A stretch of DNA of 64,000 nt from Candidatus Bathyarchaeota archaeon (GTDB lineage Archaea; Thermoproteota; Bathyarchaeia; Bathyarchaeales; Bathycorpusculaceae). Below the pieces are notes generated by a model. The model was not told the origin of the DNA and made no database searches. It worked only from the letters and a program-made list of their open reading frames with translations. The translations under genes were made by a program, and so were the position numbers. The DNA is taken from NCBI GenBank assembly GCA_963780185.1, contig CAWABA010000006.1, positions 32,001-96,000 on the forward strand, in the 5' to 3' direction. Every line of letters begins with the position of its first letter. Position 1 is the stretch's first letter. Positions 10,817-20,600 of the stretch are shown in pieces.

Positions 10817-12035
10817 TTGCCTTTCGTGGATAAAGGGAAAATCGAGGAGTATCTCAAGAAAGAGCAAGAAATCTTAGCGAGACTAAGTTCTTCGGGAATC
10901 GAGAACCCGCTACAGCTTTACCCCGAGTATAAAGAGTCACTTAAAGGAAATTATTGTAGTTCTCTTGAACCCTACACCAAAATTCATGAGCTTCTGCCTT
11001 ACAGGGAAAACTTGATAGTTCACGTGAATGTTGAACTTAGAAATGAACCTGAATTCAAGTCTTGGTATGGGTTAAGCGTCGATGATCTTCTCGCTCTTAG
11101 AACAGCAGAAATTGATCGTAGTGACGGTCAATCTTCCGAAGACCGCAAAAAGTCTACCTGATTTTCTGGATCCCTTGTTGCAGCGGGGCTTTCCATCATC
11201 CAGGCGCATTGTTGATTACACGTTCTCAGCTGTTCCTCAAGATTCGGAAACGCAAGCCCTGATCGAAGAGATTGTTGATGTGATTTGCGCAAAATCGGTT
11301 AGTTCGGTTGATGGATTCACCGGCGACTCAGAAAGGGCTAGGAGAACTTTTGAAACAGCAGTCAGGCAACTGATTGCTTTGGGTTACCGTCAAGAGGTAT
11401 GTAATGTTAAGGATCTGCTGAAAAACGACAAAATCAGCGAAGTTGTCCGTTTGCTTGAAATTTACCGGTTGTACTATTTAGGGCCAGAATTGTACTCACT
11501 GTCGGGCTATCACACAATATCTTGGCGTGCCATGACGAACAGCAGTCAGACGTATGAAAAGGGGTTAGTCAGTGGGGTCCACCTCTTTTCACCAGCGGGA
11601 GAAGTATTAGCTAAAAAACTCAAAATGTACCAACCTGCCTCTTTCGACGAAGCTTTCGACAGCCGCCATGATTATACCAAGGCAAGGCAGGCACTATTCG
11701 AATTTGAAAGATGTTTGGCGAAGAAAGAAAAGGATGTCTCCTTCGCGGAATCCTCAGCCCTTCTAGAAGACATCGAAAATCAGTTCGATGAACTGATTAA
11801 GAGTTACAGGAAGAAGGCTCGTCTCTTGGAAGCCGTATTCTTGGCTGGCACCATTGCTTCTTCTTTTGTGCCGGGAGGGTTCGCGTTGACGGCAACATTG
11901 GCTGGAGTTAGTTGCTTTGATCCTGCAGCCAAAATCCTGTGCGGCAAAGAGCCAATGCGTGAAGCCGCAAAGGTTTTCACGATTAAGAAGGGGTTAAGGT
12001 CATTTTTTGACATCTCAGACCTCTACAGACAGTAA
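10817..12035 (+). CDS. Hypothetical protein (~405 aa, one frameshift near 11095) with C-terminal hydrophobic hairpin
   Basis: ORFs 10817-11161 and 11082-12035 join as VDDLLAL/LEQQKLIVV. No recognisable motif. Confidence 0.6.
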
Positions 12036-12062
12036 ATCCGATCTGTTGAGTGTTGGCGAGTA

Positions 12063-12222
12063 ATAAATAGCAATTCAGCCCAAAGCAGACTTCATACAAG
12101 TTACCGATTTAGTCCGTTTAACCCCGTTGTTCGTATTTTGATGTGTTTACGACGCTGCCTAGGGTTGAGGTTGTTGCGGATAGGGGTTTGAGTTTTGACA
12201 GCATGCGTGACGTGTTTTTGCA
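12063..12222 (+). pseudogene. Degenerate copy of the promoter and 5' end of the downstream DinB-family gene
   Basis: ATACAAGTTACCGATTTAGTCCGTT...GAGGTTGTTGCGGATAGGGGTTTGAGTTTTGACAGCATGCGTGACGTGTTTTTGCA aligns with ~12400-12567; start codon lost (ATA) and internal deletion. Confidence 0.75.
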
Positions 12223-12428
12223 GAGTGCAGATATCAACAAACGTTTTGTCCAGAATAATGAGGCCCTTCACTAAGACCCAAAAACTGAATTTTCGCTAAC
12301 CTACAGTCTTAACGAAACTTATTTGTGTTTGAGGTTCAAAATATGGGGTATATGCCCCAAGAATCGGACTCTGTTGCTTTGAATTTAGCCCTTAAGTTTT
12401 AAATATCAATTGGCACATACGCAGTCCC

Positions 12429-12950
12429 ATGCAAGTTGCCGATTTGATCCGTTACAACCACATTGTGCGTGGGCTCTATTTTGATGCGTTGGCGAAGTTG
12501 CCTTGGTCTGAAGTTGTTGCAGACAAGGGTTTGAGTTTCGATTCGATGCGCGATGTCTTTTTGCATTTGACGTTGGTTGAGGACCGCTGGGTCAGCTTCA
12601 TCATTCCCGGTCGCCTCGAACAGTGGGTTAACCCAGATTTCAACTTGTTCACGGATATGGAGTCGCTCAAGCGGTATGCGGATGAGGTGCGGGGTAGAAC
12701 CGAAGCCTACCTGTGCAAGCTTTCAGGTAAAGAGCTCAGCAGGCAAGTGACCGTTTACTGGGGCGAAAAACCCACCGATATTCCCGTTGAAAAAGGCTTA
12801 ACCCACATGGTAATCGAGGACATGATTCATTATGGCGAGTTGTCGGCGGCGCTGTGGCAGATGGGTTTGGAGGCGCCTTACATGGGGTTTTGGAGGTTCG
12901 GCATTTCCGAGCCTACCAGCGCAAGCTACGAAACTAAGAAGCCGACCTAA
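12429..12950 (+). CDS. DinB/YfiT-family protein
   Basis: SMRDVFLHLTLVEDRW and HMVIEDMIHYGELSAALWQMG, with the His triad. Confidence 0.85.
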   Translation: MQVADLIRYNHIVRGLYFDALAKLPWSEVVADKGLSFDSMRDVFLHLTLVEDRWVSFIIPGRLEQWVNPDFNLFTDMESLKRYADEVRGRTEAYLCKLSGKELSRQVTVYWGEKPTDIPVEKGLTHMVIEDMIHYGELSAALWQMGLEAPYMGFWRFGISEPTSASYETKKPT

Positions 12951-13158
12951 ACGTCGAAGCTTTAATTTTTAAAGTGTATCGACGAATTGTTTCGTCTTTC
13001 CGTAGAGGCAGTTGACCCCTATAGCCCGTGTTGCACGCAAACGCAAGCTAGCCGATGGCTTTCAGCCGAAGATTTGGGTGTCATGCGAGCCAGCTAAGGT
13101 TTATAGATGGTTTTGCCATTTCTTTGAGTGTAATCTTTTAGGTTAAATTTAGGCGGAG

Positions 13159-13608
13159 GTGATTTTTTTGGCGGATATTGTTGATACTGCCATGGCTTCA
13201 GACATGTTCAAAACTCTAGTCGCAGCTATAAAAGCCGCAGGACTCGTTGACACACTTAAGGGTCCAGGTCCATTCACGGTTTTTGCGCCCACTGACGCCG
13301 CGTTCGCGAAGTTGCCTAACGGCGCGCTTGACATGCTGCTTAAGGATACGGCGAAGCTGAAGGACGTTTTGATGTTCCACGTTGCTGAAGGAAAGATTAT
13401 GGCTGCAGACTTAGCTAAGCATGAGTATTTGCAGGCTCTCAACGGAGGCGAACTGCGGATTGACGCGAAAATGTGGCATCTGCATCGAAACATGAAGGTT
13501 AACGGGGCAAACATCATCAGACCCGACTTAGTGGTGGATAACGGCGTTTGCCACGCGATAGATGCGGTTTTGATGCCGAAGATGGCAATGGTGGAGAAAC
13601 CAATGTAA
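13159..13608 (+). CDS. Fasciclin (FAS1) domain protein, no signal peptide
   Basis: FKTLVAAIKAAGLVDTLKGPGPFTVFAPTDAAFAKLP and NGVCHAIDAVLMP. Confidence 0.92.
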   Translation: MIFLADIVDTAMASDMFKTLVAAIKAAGLVDTLKGPGPFTVFAPTDAAFAKLPNGALDMLLKDTAKLKDVLMFHVAEGKIMAADLAKHEYLQALNGGELRIDAKMWHLHRNMKVNGANIIRPDLVVDNGVCHAIDAVLMPKMAMVEKPM

Positions 13609-13758
13609 AGCGAATTCCGCCGTTCTTGCGGAAACCTTATTTTTTTATAAGAAGACCGTTTTTTAAATTTGGTTTTTGCAATTATTTTTGACCAAGCCCT
13701 TTGCCGAGTAGGTTTTCATTAATTCCAGAGCATGAAAAGAAGGCTGTTGTCTGAGGGC

Positions 13759-13926
13759 TTATTTGGGTTTAGGGCTGCTTGTTTTTGCTTTTTGAGTTGC
13801 CGCAACTGGTTTCATGGGTGTGCCGCAGCAAACTATCTTGCACGGTTCGCAGCCGCATGGTTCATCGACCATTAGTATTAGTCCGCAGTCTTCACATTGG
13901 TATTTGTCGCCTTTTTTATTTGCCAA
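13759..13926 (-). CDS. 55-aa Cys-rich desulforedoxin-like metal-binding protein (missed by the ORF track)
   Basis: MANKKGDKYQCEDCGLILMVDEPCGCEPCKIVCCGTPMKPVAATQKAKTSSPKPK; TTG start with SD AGGTGG upstream. Confidence 0.8.
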   Translation of the reverse strand: MANKKGDKYQCEDCGLILMVDEPCGCEPCKIVCCGTPMKPVAATQKAKTSSPKPK

Positions 13927-14029
13927 AATACCACCTGCCTAAAAAATCGCTACATAACAATGGCATTTCCATTCATATAAGAATATCCAAAAATGCACCA
14001 AACAAAGAGTCAAAATAAAATGAAATCGT

Positions 14030-14248
14030 TTATTTTTCTTTCTTCTTGTATGCTTGCCAAATACCCACGATTACCAAAATAATGCCTGGAACTGAGAAAA
14101 CCCAATAGCCTGTTTCATTATATCCAATTGTGTGGATGGGCCCCCCTGTCGAATTCCCATAAATCGGATTTTGAGATACGACATAATAACCTAAAAGAAT
14201 CAACCAAACACCAATAACAAAAAGCAGAAGAGCATATTGTTTAAACAT
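14030..14248 (-). CDS. Small two-TM membrane protein
   Basis: Two hydrophobic segments and a basic C-terminal tail. Confidence 0.55.
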   Translation of the reverse strand: MFKQYALLLFVIGVWLILLGYYVVSQNPIYGNSTGGPIHTIGYNETGYWVFSVPGIILVIVGIWQAYKKKEK

Positions 14249-14399
14249 TTTGTGGGATCCCTTAGTCTTCTCTCGTATGCTATCGGTCAGAATTTAAAAC
14301 TTTGGAAGACCGTATTGCCTGCTAACTTAACAGTATCCCAAAAATGTTACCTGTATGTCGCCGTTGTCGGGTTTGCAAAAGTCTCCGAGTGGTCTTGGG

Positions 14400-14678
14400 T
14401 TAGAGTTGTTTGATTTCGCCGAAGCCGTCGCAATCTGGGCAAACCTGCCCGTTGATGGCTATGCGGTAGTCTTTGCCTCTGCCTGAGCATGTGGGGCATT
14501 TTTCTGCGTATCCTTCTGGAAACAGACGCCAGCCTGTTCCTCGGCATTTTAGGCATGCTACGCCGATGTCTGAGTTGCTTGTGTCTCTGCCTGATCCGAA
14601 GCAGATTTTGCATTTGACTCGTCTGTAGCTGATTTGCCTTGAGGGAGATGACTCTAATTGTGTTTTCATCTGGCTCAC
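14400..14678 (-). CDS. Stand-alone DnaJ-type zinc-finger protein
   Basis: Four CxxCxGxG repeats: CKICFGSG, CLKCRGTG, CPTCSGRG and CPDCDGFG. Confidence 0.8.
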   Translation of the reverse strand: MSQMKTQLESSPSRQISYRRVKCKICFGSGRDTSNSDIGVACLKCRGTGWRLFPEGYAEKCPTCSGRGKDYRIAINGQVCPDCDGFGEIKQL

Positions 14679-14760
14679 CAGAAAGGGTGAAGTTAGCGCC
14701 TTTTGGTATTAAAAATTTGTTGCTTTCCAATTTTGATTCTCAATCAACCATTTTGGCGTT

Positions 14761-15180
14761 TTAAAGTTTTTCTTTAATTTTGCTTGCCATTTCGTCAAGT
14801 TTGGCTCTTTCAACCTTAACGAGGTCGCCGAAACGCGGCAGCTTTTGCCCTTCAAACCTCGGAACGATGTGCACGTGCAGATGGAAGATGTCTTGGCCTG
14901 CGGCTTTACCGTTTTGCTGAATAATGCTTATGCCGTCGGCATGCGTGGCTTCTTTGACGGGCGCCGAAATTTTTTTGGTTGCGATGTAAACTTGGCTAAG
15001 CAGATTGTCGGGGATGTCGAAGATGTCGACGTAGTGTGCTTTAGGTATCACGAGGGTGTGTCCCACGGTTAAGGGTCTTATGTCGAGGAAAGCCATCACC
15101 ACCTCGTCTTCGTAAACTATGCTGGCTTGTGCTGTCTTGTTGGCTATTTTGCAGAAAATGCATGATTCGTCAAACGTCAA
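14761..15180 (-). CDS. HIT-family hydrolase
   Basis: CIFCKI, GHTLVIPKAH and the triad HLHVHIVPR. Confidence 0.93.
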   Translation of the reverse strand: MTFDESCIFCKIANKTAQASIVYEDEVVMAFLDIRPLTVGHTLVIPKAHYVDIFDIPDNLLSQVYIATKKISAPVKEATHADGISIIQQNGKAAGQDIFHLHVHIVPRFEGQKLPRFGDLVKVERAKLDEMASKIKEKL

Positions 15181-15351
15181 ACCCGAAGCCGCCTCTACAT
15201 TTTACTTTGTCGCATCAACGCATTAAGTTTACCTCAGAGCTTTTTTTCGCATCAACTGCTAACTTGCTGGGCGTGAAAATCTTTCATTGGGAGGATAACA
15301 GTTTATATGCGAAGAAAACTCATGATTATTCGACAGTAGAGGTTTATTGAA

Positions 15352-15639
15352 ATGAGCAAACTAGAAGATCAAGTTCGTGAAGAAGTTGGCAAAGTGCAAG
15401 ACCCCGAAACTGGGCAAAGCTTCGCTGAAATGGAGATGATCCAAAGCGTCAAAGAAACCGCGCCCGGCGAATTCACCGTAGAATTTGTTCCGACAAGCCC
15501 ATTCTGCCCGATCGCTTTCAAGCTTGCCGCTGACATAAAAGCCGCCGCAAAATCTGTCCCAGGCGTAACCAAAGCCCTTGTTTACTGCCGTGGACACGCG
15601 ATGGAGCAGCAGATAAACGAAATGACCAACAAACAGTAA
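15352..15639 (+). CDS. DUF59/MIP18 (SufT-like) Fe-S assembly protein
   Basis: DPETG and PTSPFCPIA. Confidence 0.85.
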   Translation: MSKLEDQVREEVGKVQDPETGQSFAEMEMIQSVKETAPGEFTVEFVPTSPFCPIAFKLAADIKAAAKSVPGVTKALVYCRGHAMEQQINEMTNKQ

Positions 15640-15681
15640 AAATCTTTTTTTCGATTTCTTTTTTCCAATTTTTAAATTGCA

Positions 15682-16452
15682 CTATTTCATTTTTGTGAAC
15701 GCCCAAGTGCCGACGACAACCATTAATCCGTCAAACAACGCGACCACGCCCAGGTCAACCCATAGCCCTTGAACCTGAAAAGGCACCCACGCAGCACCCA
15801 AAGTAACGTGTCTTAATGCGTCTATGCCGTAGGTCAACGGGTTCCAAACGGCGATATCAGAGAGCCAACTGGGAAGTCCACCGCCTTTAAGCAGGAACAA
15901 TGCGCCGCTTAGAAAGAACAGCGGCAAGTTCACGAAGGTTTGTATGGCGCCGAAGCCCTCAAGGTTGCCCATGAAGCTTGCAATCGTTAATCCGATGCTT
16001 ACCAAGCCAAAAGTGACCAGCAACATCACAGGCAATGCGTAGAGGACCGTTATGGGGTTTATTGGGATGCCGATGGCTAAGCCGATGGCGAAAACAATTA
16101 TGCCCTGCATGAACGCGTCTGTGCTGTCTCCAACCATTTTTCCCAGAAAAATTGTCAGTCTGGAGACGGGTGCAACCAAGGTTTCTTTCATGAAGCCGAA
16201 TTCTTTGTCCCAGATGACGTTTATGCCCATGAACATGGCTGTGAAAAGCAGCGTCTGACCGACTATGCCTGGAAGCAGAACTTCCTGGTAGTTTAAGCCT
16301 GGCGGCAACACGATTCGCGCGGCGAAGGCGGCTCCAAAGATTATAAGCCACAGCAGAGGCTGAACGAAGCTGGTTACAAGCCTGGTTCTGTCGCGGATGA
16401 AGCGTTTGATTTCTCGGAGCCAAAGACTGTAGAAGCCTCGGGTTTCACTCAC
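15682..16452 (-). CDS. ABC-2 type permease
   Basis: REIKRF, DKEFGFMKETLVAPVSR, PLFFLSGALF and NPLTYGIDALR. Confidence 0.92.
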   Translation of the reverse strand: MSETRGFYSLWLREIKRFIRDRTRLVTSFVQPLLWLIIFGAAFAARIVLPPGLNYQEVLLPGIVGQTLLFTAMFMGINVIWDKEFGFMKETLVAPVSRLTIFLGKMVGDSTDAFMQGIIVFAIGLAIGIPINPITVLYALPVMLLVTFGLVSIGLTIASFMGNLEGFGAIQTFVNLPLFFLSGALFLLKGGGLPSWLSDIAVWNPLTYGIDALRHVTLGAAWVPFQVQGLWVDLGVVALFDGLMVVVGTWAFTKMK

Positions 16453-17438
16453 CTTATTGCTCTCCTGCGGGCTGCTGCGGCTCCATGCAGCTCTTTGCTT
16501 GTGTCTTCACGGATGTTTCTGCCTGTGTAATGCAGGAAGACATCTTCAAGGTTAGGTTCACGCAGCAGTAAAGATTCAACGTAGATGTTGTTTTGGGTTG
16601 CCAACTCCATGATTCGGGGCATCACAGTTTTGCCGTTGCGCACAGTTATTTCCAAAGCACCGTCAACGATTTTCTTGTTACTTAACCCTAACCATTTAGT
16701 TACAAGTTCGGATAGCTCGTCAATTTTGTTTGTTTTTATTACGACAACGTCGCCTTCCAACGTGTCTTTAAGCTTAGGCGGTGAATCTAAGATGACGATT
16801 TTGCCGTGGTCCATGATGCCGATGCGGTCGGAAAGCCTATCCGCTTCATCCATGTAGTGAGTAGTTAAAACCACGGTGATGTCGTGAGCCCTCTTTAGCT
16901 CCAAAATGTACTTCCATATGTGGTCCCTTGTCTGCGGGTCTAACCCGACGGTGGGCTCATCCAGAAACAGCACTTTGGGGTAATGAATCAAGCCGCGTCC
17001 CAACTCAAGCCTCCGCCTCATCCCACCCGAGTAGGTACGCATTAAATCGTCGGCTCTGTCGTCAAGTTCTATGAGTTTTAGGATGCGGTCTATGCGTTCT
17101 TTCTGCTCCGAGGGTGGAACACCGTACATGTTTGCATGTATGTACAGGTTTTCTCTTCCTGTTAAGCGGTCGTCGATGCTTGGATCCTGAAAAACAATGC
17201 CGATTGATCTGCGAACTTTATTTGCTTCTTTAACGATGTCGAAGCCGTTAATCGTCGCGGTGCCAGACGTCGGCTTAAGAATGGTGCAAAGCATCGATAT
17301 GGTTGTTGTTTTACCTGCCCCGTTTGGCCCCAGCAACCCGAAGATTTCCCCAGACTCAACCGTTATGTTGAGGTCATCCACTGCCTTAAAAGAATTGTAC
17401 GCTTTTGTTAAGTGGCGAGTTTCAATGACATGGGTCAT
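16449..17438 (-). CDS. ABC exporter ATP-binding subunit (DrrA-like)
   Basis: GPNGAGKT, YSGGMRRRLE, LDEPT and PNLEDVFLHYTG. Confidence 0.93.
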   Translation of the reverse strand: MTHVIETRHLTKAYNSFKAVDDLNITVESGEIFGLLGPNGAGKTTTISMLCTILKPTSGTATINGFDIVKEANKVRRSIGIVFQDPSIDDRLTGRENLYIHANMYGVPPSEQKERIDRILKLIELDDRADDLMRTYSGGMRRRLELGRGLIHYPKVLFLDEPTVGLDPQTRDHIWKYILELKRAHDITVVLTTHYMDEADRLSDRIGIMDHGKIVILDSPPKLKDTLEGDVVVIKTNKIDELSELVTKWLGLSNKKIVDGALEITVRNGKTVMPRIMELATQNNIYVESLLLREPNLEDVFLHYTGRNIREDTSKELHGAAAARRRAIR

Positions 17439-17693
17439 TTTTCGGTTTCTCTTTCAGCAATTGGGACACAGGCGGGATTTAAGCTTATTTCATTAAAACA
17501 TTAAGAACTTCAGTATACATGGAAAGACTGGCAGATCGATTTATCTTCCATGGCTTTGCGATTTCTGAAAAACAGAAAAATTGCTCATCTTGAACTTGAT
17601 ATATCTAAGGGGGATAAATAATGGAATTTTGCTTATTTTTTAGTTTATAGTAAGAATAACGTTTAGACAACATTTATTACAGTTAGCGCTTGC

Positions 17694-20600
17694 ATGTTTG
17701 CGAAAGGGAAAGGAGAGAGTGATGCATTTATGAACAAGAGAGTATCATCCGTTTCTTTAGTTTTAATCTTTTTAACTATCCTGTTGGTTTCCACATTCGT
17801 TGGAACATTAAATGTTGTTAAAGCAGATGTGCCGCAGCAATCTAGCGTGTCTGTTTCCTGTTCACCTAGCCAATCTACCCTCGGCTCAAGTTTCACATGT
17901 ACTGCCACGGTTTCAGGGTCAAATCCTACAGGCTCGATATCTTGGAGTACCAGCAACAGGTTTACAGGCGTATTTGGTTCCATACATACAACTTTGATCT
18001 CTGGGTCTGCGTCAGTCACTTATTATGATACTGCCCCAGGCTTAGCCACCATTACTGCGCTTTATAGTGGCGATGCAGCCAATGAGCCCAGCATCGGTAG
18101 GAGCAGTTTGATGATTTACAATTCATTATCGGATGATTTTACGGCTGATTCTGGGTTGAATACTCTTCTTTGGCATGTCGGAGCGACAGGAGATTGGTTA
18201 TCGCCAGAGGGTCCTGCTGCACCTGAAAGTCCAAATTTGAGTTTTTCCAGTTCTGGCATGGGCATGAATATTGGAACTGGTAAAATTGCAGGGATTCAAA
18301 GTGTGAATTCGTTTTCTGGTCCGTTCACGCTTCAAGCTTCAGTGACGGCCACAGCAAGCTACGGGGATCCTTTTGCTCTGTGGATTTCTACTGCCGATGG
18401 GAATCACGGTGTGGGTATTGATGGTGAGTTAGGTGATAATGGTCAACCAGTAGGTGTAGATGGGTATTATGCTGAGCCGTTGTCGAATGGTCAATACTTG
18501 GTGAATAGAGGGTTGCTTGGTATTTGGTTGGGTGCTGATTCAGGTTCAAATTGGTGGACCGTGCAGAATAATCTGATGCTTTCTGCGCCTCAACTAAACA
18601 CTGTTTACCAATTGAGCATAAGTGTGGATTCAAGTGGTACTGCCTCTCTCGAGGTTAGTTCAGGCGGGAAAATCTTGGGGCTGGCTTCAGCTCAAGTGGG
18701 CACGGGTCCATTCTACATTTCACTCATGACGGAAGAAGACTTGCCCGGTATGCCTGACACATCTGTAGGGTCTGATCAGGCGTATTGGCAAAATGTGTCT
18801 CTTCAGACGACGACTCCAGCTTCACCTTCTGCCAGTCCAACTTCTGTTTCTTTTTCCTCTAACCCTGTTTCAGTTGGTGCTCCTGAGATTTGTACTGCTA
18901 AGGTTTCAGGGACAAATCCTACAGGCTCAATAACGTGGAGCTCAAGTAGCAGCACTGGTTGGTTCAGTTTCGCTTCAACTTCATTGTCGTCTGGAACTGC
19001 GTCAACAGTCTACACTGATACAAACACAGGCATCGTTACTATCACGGCAACTTACAGCGGCGATGGCACTCATCTATCAAGCAGCGGTAGCAACATTTTG
19101 GGGATATCTAATGGGCTATTTGATAATTTTACTACTGATTCGTCTCTGAATCCTTTTCTTTGGGAAGTTAATGGACCTGTCGGACTTAAAGTAGCAGACG
19201 CTTGGCAATCGCAAGATGGTGGAAACCCTGTTACGGTTGTTGATCCGACTTTGAGTTTTTCCAGTTCAAATGGCATGAGCGTAAGCGGCGTAAGCAATTA
19301 TTATCAAATTTCAACGATTCAAAGTGTGCAGTCGTTTTCAGGTCCCTTTACGCTGCAAGCTTCCGCGAAGGCAGCAGCAAGCCATGACAATCCTTTTGCC
19401 TTGTGGATCTGTACTGCTGACGGAAATCACGGTGTAGGCATTGACGGCAACTTGGGTGTACATAACGGGTGGTACGGTATATGGGAAAGTCGCGATACTG
19501 GCAAAGGCTGGTCAGTAGAGAATTCTACGCTGTATTCTTCGCCTCAGCCGGACACGATTTATCAATTGAGCATAAGTGTGGATGGAAGTGGCACTGCCTC
19601 TCTTACGGTACGTTCGGGTGGACAAGTCTTGGGGAGCGCTTCAGTCCAAGTCGGTACGGGTCCATTCTACATTCAACTCATTCAGGCTCGAAGGCTACCC
19701 AACCACATCTGCAGGGTCGAATCAGGGGTATTGGCAAAGCGTGTCTCTTCAGACGGTAACTTCACCCCCCACTTTAACTCCGATTGACGTTTCTTTTTCA
19801 TCTAACCCTGTCTTAGTCGGTTCGGCTGTTACTTGCACTGCAACAGTGTTGGGGTCTACTCCGACGGGTTCCATAACATGGAGCACAAGCAGCAGCACAG
19901 GCACTTTCAGTTCCGTTTCGACGCCTTTGTCGTCTGGAACTGCGTCAACAGCCTACACTGACACAAACGCAGGCACAGTAACTATCACAGCAACTTACAG
20001 CGGCGATGCAGACAATGCTCCCAGCAGCGGCAGCGCTACTCTATTTCTTACTCAAACTACAACCGTGACAACTGCGCTTTCTCCAGACACTATTGATTTA
20101 GGCTCTTCTGTCGCTGACACCGCAACTGTGAGTGCATCCACAGGCGGCGGTTCAGCTACGGGCTTCGCTAATTTCTATGTCTTAACAGGCGGTACGTGGA
20201 TTAATCTTGGAAGCACATTTCTGAATGCTGGTTCCAGCACAATCGGGTATACTCCTCAAGCTTCTGGCACCTACTACCTAATGGCTCTCTACATAGGAGA
20301 CTCGACTATCGCCAGTTCATCAAGTGTCGCCGAAACTTTAACGGTGAATCCTGCCCTTGACGCTTGGATTTCTAACACCCCTGGCGATTTGGAGGTTGGG
20401 CAATCTGGACAGTTTATAGCTGCAGTTACTGGAGGTTCAGGCACCTACAGTTATCAATGGTACGTTAACGGCGCTCCTGTTTCAGGTGCTACCAGTCAAA
20501 CTTTCAATTATGCACCCCAAACCGCAGACGTTGGTCCAGCCAACATTAACGCCGTAGTCACTGACAGCCTCGGCATATCCGCTAACACTGGCCTCTCGTA

